Shown here: piece by piece, positions 26,601 through 36,300 of the stretch
Numbering within the stretch: the first letter of the stretch is position 1
Layout of the letters: the number at the start of each line of letters is the position of its first letter
DNA from: Felis catus
Taxonomy: Eukaryota
Direction: 5' to 3'
Assembly: GCF_018350175.1 (NCBI RefSeq)
Contig: NC_058368.1
Location: 84,694,001 to 84,758,000 of the forward strand
DNA: 64,000 bases
Translations under genes and position numbers: made by a program
The notes under the pieces: generated by a model
Told to the model about the DNA's origin: nothing
Databases searched by the model: none
What the model saw: only the letters and a program-made list of their open reading frames with translations

Positions 26601-27838
26601 TAGAAGTCAGACTATGTAGCGCTTTATAGTCATAAACTACGTAGGCAGTGAGACTTGTGTTCTCGAAGAACAATGTTGGCCCAGCTGGGCAAGACTCAGT
26701 GTAACGTTTCCATTCTCCACTAGATGGTGCTGCTAGCCTACTCAGGTGGATTGTTGCAGGGCTTGTAGGTGTATATGCACATGCATGGGAGTGGTGAAAA
26801 TGGAGTCACCCAGCTACCCAGTCTCTAGTATTGGAACTCCGTTCTCCCTGATCAGCAATCATGCATTTGTCCTCCGTCTTCAGCTTTTGTCCACTCCCCA
26901 CTTCTTCACTGTCTGTGACCAAGGCCCAGGAAGTATCTCTCTCCTGAGTTTTGTCTCAGATGCAGCTGTTTTCCCTTGCCTCTTACTTCCGAAGGACTGC
27001 AGCTTTGACCTGTCCTGCCCTTCTGCAGGAGGGTCTCACTGCGCAATGGCCAAATGCCAGCTGCACCCAGGAATGCTGGCAGGACCCTTCTGCTGCCAGT
27101 GTCTTGAGACTGTGGCCAGGTGCCAACCAGCCACAGAAAAAGTTCACGAGATAGTGTAGCAACAGCTTTTCAGGGATTATGGAAAATCACAACACACATC
27201 TTGCACCAGGATTCCCCTTAACGACCTTGTTCCAGCACCAGCAAATATGGCCGTTTTCTGGGGTCTCCTGGGACCAGATGGCTTCAACAGTTTCTACCAA
27301 ATGTCTTTCCAGTGGTGCAGCCACTTTTCTCTGTGTGGCCCAAGAACGTCCCGGACTTCACTCTGTTCCTGGTGATTCACCCTTCCCACCAGAGCACCAC
27401 CAGGTATCATGCTGCAGAGTTGCAGACTTTGTGCTGCCCTTGTTTACAGTCTTAATGAAATCTAAACTCTCTTTGTTCTCCTTTCTCCTTTCTCCCTTTT
27501 TAGTTTAGTCCCTGCAGCTATTTCCAATTTTCCACTTTTTCTCCAGCTGCTTTTGGGGAAGGGTGCTTTTCCCATATTCTCCACCCCCGCCCAGGGTCTG
27601 TCCTCTCTCTGCCTGCAAAAGTGGCTCCCTGCCTGCCGCCAGCTTCTCTTTCCCCAAGTTCACCCTTCCATGCCATGTACCTGCTGAATTCTGTGGTTCA
27701 GGTTGTGCAGATTGTTGGTTTAATCCTCCATTCAGTTTTATAGGTGTGTAGGATGGTTTAGTTTTGGTCTGCGATGTATTTCATGGACAAGAGACACAAA
27801 AAAACTTCAATGCTGTTCTGCCTTCTTGGCTCTTCCTC
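20640..27838 (-). mobile_element. Full-length felid LINE-1 (~7.2 kb), both ORFs disrupted
   Basis: RT motif [12 protein letters not shown] (ORF 22437..23219), endonuclease IVGDFNTPL (24094..24306), Cys-rich C-terminus [17 protein letters not shown]1 peptides at 24820-25475, GC-rich 5' UTR, (TTTA/TTTG)n tail at 20645-20705. Confidence 0.97.
25850..26540. repeat. A-rich ~215-225-bp tandem repeat (about 3 copies) inside the L1 5' UTR
   Basis: aatttgaaaaa(a/g)tgaata(c/t)actg(a/t)agtaga...atgatgg recurs at ~25897, ~26111 and ~26334. Confidence 0.85.
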
Positions 27839-27889
27839 TTTGATTTGATTTTTACATTACACATATGAGTGAGATCATATGGTATTTGT

Positions 27890-29770
27890 GGTGCCCGTAA
27901 GCCCACTTTCATGACTACGGTTAGGTTTAGGTCCTCAGAGGGAACAGAGGATGAACCAACAGCTGTGCAGGGCTCTCCCCCGAGTGCTGAATGGAGGGCA
28001 CTTGATAAGGCACAGGTGAGGCTTACATTCTGGCTTCCTATGCCAAGTGGGTGCTTTGGCTCAGGATCTCCTTCTGCAGGGTCTAGCCTCATGTGGAAAT
28101 GTCACAATGAACATCAAGCTTTCTTGCTGAGAAATTCCACACTAGTCAAGGGCCCCAAGTCACTTCTTTCCTCATACCTGCTTAGTGGACCCTCTTAGGG
28201 CCAGAGCCAAGTCTAGAGTGAGGGCTTGGTTCCCAGAGGTGGCAGGGGGCCAACTGCCAGCAGTGCAGTGATTTACACAACAGAGTGAGCTGTAGGCATA
28301 TGTGAGGGTGTGGGTCAGGCTTAGGACTGGTGTTTAGGAGTTAGAAGTTGGTGTGGGACAGGCTTATGCTTTAGATCTGGATCTCTTTCTCAAGCTCCAT
28401 CCCTAGCATGAAAATGTCATGGCGATCTTCCACCTTCCTCCCAGATGAATTTCATGCTGTTCAGGGTCCTCAAGTCCATTCATTCCTCAGAGCTATGACG
28501 TGGGTCCCCTAAGACCAGACACAAAGCTAGGGTTAGGGTTAGGTCTTATACTGAAAAAGGATTGGAAAAAACAGCAGGGTAGTGGTTCCCAAGTAGGAGT
28601 TAGTTGAGGGTGCATGTCCGGGTGCAAGTCAGGCAGACGGTTTGGGCTCAGGGGCCAGCTGAGTGTGTGGGCAGTGTTTAGTATAGAATTGAGAATCCCC
28701 TTCTGTAGCTCCAGATTGCCTTGGAAGTGGCAACGCTTCTCACTGAATCATTCTCTGGTGGGCAAGGGCCCACATACTGTTCTTTGCTGAGACCTAGGTG
28801 GTGGCCCCCTGAGTGCATGAACCATGGTTAGCGTTAGGACCAGCCCTGGTGGACACAGCCTCTGAAACAAGGTGTGCAGTGGTCTGCCCAGAGGGATGAG
28901 TTGAGGGTGAACTGTAGTGTTCTGGTGAAGCTGAGCATTTGGCTTCAGGGTCTGGCCAATAGTGTCCACGAGTCCAAAGTTGGGCTTATGATCCACTTCT
29001 GAAGGCCCATCCCGGCTTTGTACATGTCATGACAAACTTCTGGCTTCCTCCCTGAAGAAATCTCAGGTGGTCACGAGTACCAGTTCCATTCATGGCCCAC
29101 AGCTGGGGCTTGTGCCCCAAAGGCCATATCCATGGCTAGGTTTAGGTTTAAGTCCTGGCAGTGGACAGATGAACCAGTAGCAGTGCAGGACTCTTCCTAG
29201 AGGTTGAGTGGAGGCCGCTTGATTGGGTGCATTAGGGTTTCACTTCAAACTCCAGCTACCTCTGTTGGCCAGGCAGATGCTTTGGATCATAATCTCCTTC
29301 TGTAAGAACAAGCCACATGTGGAAATGTCATGGTGAAAATCATGCTTTCTCATAAGCAATTCCATGCCAGTCAAGGGTCCCAAGTCACTTCTCTTCTCAC
29401 ACATGCTTGATGGACCCCCTTATGGCAAGAACCAATGTTAAGGTTGGGGTTTGGTTCCTGGAGGTGGAAGGGAGTGAACCGTCAGCAGTGTAGTGATTTC
29501 CCCCAGCAGGTTGAATTGAAAGCACATGTGAGTGTGCATGTCAGGCTTAAGGTTTGGTTTCAGGGGTTGGACAGTTGTGTGGGACAGGCTTCTCTTAACT
29601 CTGGATCCATTTCTGGAGTTCCATCCTGGACATGAAATGTTATGGTCATCTTCTGTGTTCCTCACTTGACAACTTGGTGCAGGTCATGGTCCTCATGTCC
29701 ATTCATTTCTCAGTGCTCAGACAGGGAAATACTAAGGCCAGAGTCGAGGAATTGTTAGGGTTAGGTCTCT
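27890..29770. repeat. Diverged satellite-like array, ~305-bp monomer, ~6 copies, ~1.22-kb higher-order period
   Basis: ggttag(g/t)-like motif at ~27919, 28211, 28526, 28826, 29134, 29437, 29754; tcaaggg(c/t)cccaagtcacttct at 28146 and 29371 (1225 bp apart). Confidence 0.85.
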
Positions 29771-30824
29771 CTGATCCCAGCTACCTCCATTCCTCTGACC
29801 CATGGGTGTATTGTGGGCTCTCTGGTCTCCCTGCCTCCAGGGATGAAGGTGAGCTTGGAAGTACCTCTGTAGGCTTCCAACATTATGCTTCTTCTTGAAT
29901 GTAGTGTCATGAGGCAGGGGTGAGGTTGTCTGGGGTACCCGCAAACCACCACACCTGGTACCAGGCAAGAGCCCAATACATACTTACCTTTGCAGACATG
30001 CCCCTCACCACCCAGGCCACATGACACTTGGCCAAGATAGGATCTGAATGGGTGGGGGGGGGGTAGTGCCAGTTGTTCACATGCTCCCCTCTCTACCCTA
30101 AACCTGAGAGCTGGGAGGCATCCACCAAGCAGAGTGCCCCCATTGGAAGAAGGGACATGGTCAGACTCTGTGTGACACTCAATGTAGCCAAGCAAATACC
30201 TGTTGATTACGGTGGGAGGAAACTTAAACTAGAATTCACAATTAAAACTTTTGCATCATAAAAGTGGAAGACCAGGAAAAGTCAGGTTGCAAATATGTGT
30301 GTAGGAAACTATTTTACCTTGTAAGGAACAACACTAAGAAATGCCTATTGTGTGAGTTTTTCAAATATAGTTTTAATAACAAGGCTTAAAAACAAAATGA
30401 TCTTTTGAAAGAAAAACCCTTACAAATTAAAAATTCAAATCAAGTATATTTATATTTATTTTATATATTTATATTTATATTTATATTTCAGTTAAGTCAT
30501 AGAGTAGTTTTGTTTAAGGAATGATCTTACCTTGTCACTAGTCAATGTTAAAATGTTGATGCATTTAAAATCTCAACATTCCACAGTCACATTGTACCAT
30601 GTTCACACACATGGCTGAACATGTGGACTGTCAGACTGTTCTTTTTCACCTCAATAATTCACCAAAATAAACTGACTAGTTAAAGAATATGGTGAATATA
30701 ATTTCTGAACTTTTAAAAAGTTATATAAAGATCTGCTTATTTTATTTTAGTGAATGAGCTCCATGTTTTTCTTTATTTCTTTATTTTTTCTTCTTTCATT
30801 TATTTGCTTCTTTATGTTAAATGT

Positions 30825-31032
30825 TTTTTAAAATGTTTATTTATTTTTGAGATGTACAGGGAGAGAGTTTGCCCAAGCATGGGAGGGGCAGAGAAAGAGG
30901 GAGACACAGAATCTGAATCAGGCTCCAGTCTCTGAGCTGTCTACACATAGCCCGATGTGGAGCTCGAACACACAAACTATGAGATCATGACCTGAGTTTG
31001 GTTGTTCCACCAGCTAAGCCACCCAGGCACAC
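30825..31032 (-). mobile_element. Can-SINE
   Basis: gggagacacagaatctgaatcaggctcc, gagatcatgacctgag, agccacccaggcac. Confidence 0.9.
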
Positions 31033-31513
31033 TTGAATCATGATATGTTCTGAGAAATGTTGATCGCAGTTTTTGGGAACATGTAACAAGAAAAGCTGTC
31101 CATAGTTCAAACTTGCAAACAGGTCAATACTACTGAGTGGGTGGGTGTGTGTCTCTCAAAACCACGAAAATTGTGCTCAGAAACGGTGAGTGTTTCCCTT
31201 TGATATCTTTCATGGTTAACACCGCCACTGTCTCATTGGTATGAAGGTGTACTCATCAATACAATAACCAGGATTGATTAGGAGATAACTTTGAATGTTA
31301 ATTGAAAATGTAGAACATGATATGATGTGTGTTAATTATGATATTAGTGTTCAGATACGTCGATACATGACAAAAATGAATGGTAACATGAATAAAAATG
31401 AACACATGCTCTGTGATGAAACTCTGATGCTACATTAATTATATGATTGTGAAATTTTCATTTAGTAGTTTACTATAACCTCAAAGAGAATTATAAGTTA
31501 ACTTCATCTTCAG

Positions 31514-31817
31514 GTGCTAGTCCTGGAGAATTATGTGTACCTGAACTGGAAATTCCTAAAATTTCTGTGACACAAGAGGTGGTTCATTCCCTATATTGGA
31601 CTGTGTTAACAAATCCTACCCCATCCCACCAAGATAGATAGGTATCTTGGGGAGTAAGAAAGTGAAAGACCATTGCAGAATTGGAAAGGGTCCCATTCCA
31701 GTTCCATCTTGGAACAGCAGTGGGTACATATGGTCATTCCTGCAAAGACAAAGCACTTCCACTGAGAGATCCATTCGGAATTGTACTCTGCAGACATATA
31801 CTCTTTGCTGTAAATGA
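31514..31817 (+). pseudogene. Degenerate beta-defensin-like exon, possibly two tandem domains
   Basis: Acceptor cttcag|GTGCT. Frame from 31560 reads NFCDTRGGSFPILDCVNKSYPIPPR*IGILGSKKVKDHCRIGKGPIPVPSWNSSGYIWSFLQRQSTSTERSIRNCTLQTYTLCCK*. FCxxRGGxxxILDCVNK resembles DEFB103/Defb14; ends CCK-stop. One frameshift and one internal stop. Confidence 0.55.
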
Positions 31818-32559
31818 ATGGTCTTAAAAAGAAAGTGCTAGGAGAATGATCGACAGAGAGAGAATGTCTATTTTGTAAGTTGCATCTGCAAGAATGCTAA
31901 TGTAGGGAGGACGTGGGAACTCTAAGATGAATTCTGGACTGTTTTCAGATCAATTACTTTTCTTATTGTTGGTCAAAACATTTATTATATCCTTGAGGTC
32001 TGTTTAAGTCAAATGGGTTGAGACACGCTATTCAAGGGGTCTATAAAGCACAGGATGTTGCCTGCAACATTTTAGGTTGTACACTCACATATACACTTGG
32101 GAGAATGAGGGAAAACGTCTACAGCATCTTTCTGATACTCAAGGGAAAATTTGACTGAGCAATCAATGGCATCAATGTGCCATGCAGAAGTAGGAGCATC
32201 TAAATCACATTATTCACTCATTTATCAAATTTTCATTGATTAATGACTCTTTCATGACACCTTCCAGTACTTCAGAAATCGGACTGTTTATGAGGATTAA
32301 AGTGTCAAATATACAATCTTGTCTTCATAGAACTCCAAATCCTGGTGCAGGCAAGAAAAAAAATTCTGAAATTAAAACGAACAAGTCAAGTGTTTCTTCA
32401 TTGCATAGGTATAAGTTATCTTCATTGTATGGTAGCGTACAATGAAAAGTTTGCACTTTATAAGATAAAATTGATTCTAAAACATTGAGAGGCTCTATAT
32501 TTTCAGAAAGACTGCATTATTGAAAATATTTTACAAAATTCTGAACCTTTGAAAAGGTC

Positions 32560-33240
32560 TGCCCTTGTTGTAACATAGGTCAGCACTTAATTTCTTCTTT
32601 GATTGCTGAATAATATTTCATTGTATAGATATAGGACAATTTATTCATGCCTCAGTTGATGAACATTTGCTGTTGTTAGCACTTTAGGGTTATTGTGAAT
32701 AACGCTGCTGTGAACATTCATATACACGTTTTTGTGTAAACATATCTTTCATTTGTTTAGAGAAGTGCAATTGCTGGGTCCAAAGTTAAGTCCCTATGTC
32801 CCTATTTGAATACCTGCAAGACTGTTCCAGTGTGACTACCATTTTTCATTCCATCCAGCCATGTGAGAGGGTTTCAGTTTCTCCATTGTTTCACTGACAG
32901 TCACCATCTGTCTTTTTGGTTACAGTTATCCTGTGGCTATGAAAGGATATATGGTGGTTTTGGTTTGTAGGTTTTTGATGATGAGGGATGTTGGACACGT
33001 TTTCATGTGCTTAATGGTCATCTGAGTAGCTTCTGTGGAGAATAGTCTTTGGCACTCATTTGTCCATTTTTAAATGGAGTTCTTTGTCTTTTTATAAATG
33101 AGTTGTAATATATGCTAGCAATGTTTCTCATTAGCTCTATGAACTGCAACGTTTTCTCTAGAGTGTGGGGTGTCATTTCGCTTTCTTAATGGGGTCCTTT
33201 GAATCACTAAAGTTTTACCTTTTAGTCAGGTCTAATGTAC
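32560..33240 (-). mobile_element. Ancient L1M 3' fragment
   Basis: attgctgaataatatttcattgtat, gctgctgtgaacattcat, ttttcatgtgctta. Confidence 0.8.
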
Positions 33241-34349
33241 ATATATTGGATTCCTACTAGTTGGAAGTTATTTAAACATTATCACATATCGGTGTCTGCA
33301 CTGTGGTTGTAGAAACTAAACGTCACATGGGAAAGGGGGAAAAATTCGAGTTTGTTCAGATTTGGTATAGATACAACAGATCTCATCAGAGAATATGTCA
33401 TTTCCCTGATCAAATATTTATTTATTAGTAATTTTTGTTTGCTCTCATTTTATTTCTAAGATTTAACTTCGTTTTGTTGATTTCTCTATTGTCTTCCCAT
33501 TTTCAGCTTCGTTGAAAAAAAAATGAATTGGATGAATTCTGCATCAAATACATTTCTCCTTTGATAGTGATGGAGACATAAAGTCTTTCTAATATAAACA
33601 GAAACTGGGATTGCTAACAATAAATATTCCTTACAATGTATCTTAAAGAAGGTCTTCAGAGGGAAAAATGATACCAGGTACCAATTCCAATAAGCATGGA
33701 TGAATGTCCCTGTTTATTCCTCCCTCGGGCTCTTGGTATCTTCCAACTGTTATCCTTATACTCCAAACACAGACATTTAAAACAAAGGATTGCTACTTTC
33801 TGTAATTCATTAGTTGAGCCACAGGAATTTTTAATTAGGTCTTTCTCCCATGTTGCCCCTCGTGCTTTTCCACACTTGATTTACAGAGCACACACACTGG
33901 AGAATTCTGAAGATGAACAAGAACCAGGTTTTATGACAAATATGGAAAAGAAACCAGGGTCCTGGGAAGAACAAAGGCAGAAGGGAGGGGTCAAATATAG
34001 GTCAAAGATCCAGATCTGGAACTGTGGGAAAAAGGAACCTGGTCCTGTGTCTACCATGCTAAAGGCTCCAACCACAAAAATCAAACAACAGCCTCAAACT
34101 GCCCACTTTTGTGCATGCTGTGCTGTGAGCCCCTAATTTTCTCCAAGATCACAGAGGTCAGCAGTAGATATGCATTTCAAATTGAAACAAGGCTCATATG
34201 TAGTTCAGCCCAGGAGGAAGGTGGATATTGGCCAATTCTAAAGGAAGTGGTTCCCCAAGGCCAGCATTCTCCTCTTAGACCCTAAGGAAGTGGGTCCTGA
34301 CCTGGAGGGAAATGTCATGGTACATAACCCAGCATTTTGTGTCTAAGCA

Positions 34350-36300
34350 AGCCCTGGACAGGTAATGAGGGGTACTTTTGGTAAGGTTCTCCTCACTGTG
34401 TTTACCAATGGAGAAGGGCCGCTAAGAGTAGGCGCTGGACAAACAGCTCTAAAAAGAGTCTTTCAGACAGTGGTGCTGGGCCCCAACCTTTAAGTCTGGG
34501 GGCTCTGATGTGGCAAGGCCCTGGGGATATGAGCTTCGGGTAATACTGTCTCCTGAATACTGCAAGGGGGTCTTAAATGTTCAGGCCCATACTTACCAAA
34601 ATTGCAGTGTGATGTTCGGGGCCACACATGGTACTGTTGTGGTGATGAGTGCTCCAAAGTTAGAGTTCAGATGTGGGGCAGCCTCTCCTCCCTAAATCTA
34701 TTGGTGCTATTCCCAGCCTGAAAAAGGTATGTTTTGTGGTGCTTCTGGCAATGTTAAGGCCAGCACTGGTCACAGTCTTATGCCAGTCTTCTGGCAATGT
34801 TAAGGCCAGCACTGGTCACAGTCTTATTCAGGGGCTTTGCCACAGGGGAATATAGCTAGGGTGGCAGCAAAGCCTGGATGGGTGCTGACGCCTGTACCCA
34901 AGGGAGAAGTAATAGGTGATAAATCATCAAAAGCTACCTTTGTGGTGCTGTCCAAGATTTATTGGCTTGGCTTTATATTTGGAAGTCAGCAAGGGCTATC
35001 TGGGTGTAAGGGGCTGAGGACAATGAGTGTGAAGAGATGTCTGGAAGCATATTTGTCAGGGTGGAGAGGGGTCCAGTTAAGCCTAGTGCCTTTTGATGCA
35101 AAGGATACAGCCAGGCTGCCCCTGTAGCAGATTCCAGGGTGGCCATTGACCCTGGCAGAATTGCATTTTCCTGCATCTCTCCTGCTGCACATTCCCACTG
35201 GTGGCTGGAAGGACAGGAGGAGCAGGAGCAGTCCTGCAGCGAGCAGGGGGAGTCCCTGGAAAGATGCTTAGCCTACGGTCCCAAATGGGCACACACTCAC
35301 CCCACAGTGCACTATTGATGGTCTGGAGTGCTGCTTACTCCTCAGAGTCTCAGTTATCAGCTGTGCCTGGAAACCCACTCAAGGTGTGGTGGCCATCTTG
35401 CATGGTCCCATTGTCCCCAGGAGTCACAGTCTTCTCTGTTCATTGCAACCCAAAAATCTTTTGTTTGTATGGCCTTAAAGTGTCAGGTGCATGAGAGGAG
35501 TTCCTCCAGCATTGTTTCTTTTCCAATTTTACTTACGTATTATCTTGGCCTGGTTCTTCTTCTGGGCCACCAACGAAGTTGTTGCTGGGGACCGAGGGTA
35601 CTCCCAGTTCACTTACTGTGAGGTCTTCTACAGCATCTGGAGCATCTTAGACAAGATCCATCTATTTTCTTTTGCAGCTTCAGGAAACATCAGGAGGAGC
35701 TGTATGAGATCATGTGGCATGTTGTTTGGGGCAGATCTTAGAACAGGTCTAAGGTTTATTTTGGAACATGCCTTTTGAGGTCTTGGGGTGGAAGTTTTCC
35801 TGCAGAACCCATGGCTGGCATGAAGGAAGAGACCCTTCCATGGTTTTCCCAGGGCTGAAAGAAATCTACATCCCAGTGTCATCAGAGCCCTTCCCTGATT
35901 GTCCTACATTTTTGACTGCTGAGTCATTCTCCTGCTTTGCTGTCCTATTCTCACTCTCTTTGAGAGCTGTCAACATGCCCTGCTTTCAAGGACCCTGGCA
36001 CACATGGGCATGACTTTACACACACTGACTGCAGGACATGAGTGTGTTTGGAATAGACAGTGTGGACTTCTCTGATGTACTTGCCTACAGATTGAGGCAG
36101 AATCTACAGAATCTGAAACTCATATTGGGAAGTGGTACCCTGAGGTAACTCCATATCTCCCAAGGGTTATTGGAGGTTCAGGGGACTTTAGGACACTAGA
36201 ATATCCCAATTAGATAGGGATCCTACAAGCCCCCTCCCCATTGATACTGTGTCTACTACGTGCCCCCAGGGATGCACAGCTGAGCAAGTTGAGCTGTCCT
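34350..36300 (-). pseudogene. Intronless POM121-like (POM121L/NPAP1-family) pseudogene
   Basis: Minus-strand peptides in POM121 order: EKSTLSIPNTLMSCSQ (cf KAVLSPRNSRMVCSP), MLTALKESENRTAKQEND (cf VLSALKEKEKKRTVEEED, ~35976), VSSFMP (cf VPASFVP), ISYSSS (cf TSSYSST), GFPGTADN*DSEE*AALQTINSAL (cf [24 protein letters not shown], ~35375-35306), then a Ser/Thr/Ala/Pro-rich tail. Many stops and frameshifts; outer boundaries uncertain. Confidence 0.75.
34742..34827. repeat. Perfect 40-bp direct repeat, period 46
   Basis: cttctggcaatgttaaggccagcactggtcacagtcttat at 34742-34781 and 34788-34827. Confidence 0.95.

Noticed and set aside
27890..29770. CRISPR array or true interstitial telomere
   Set aside because: Mammalian DNA with long diverged monomers and no repeat-spacer structure; at most two or three TTAGGG units in a row.
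31514..31534. VLVLENY resembling the KRAB-A motif VMLENY
   Set aside because: No other KRAB residues and no C2H2 zinc-finger exon in the window.
33696..34136. 146-aa plus-strand ORF as a gene
   Set aside because: No recognisable domain or exon structure; probably chance.
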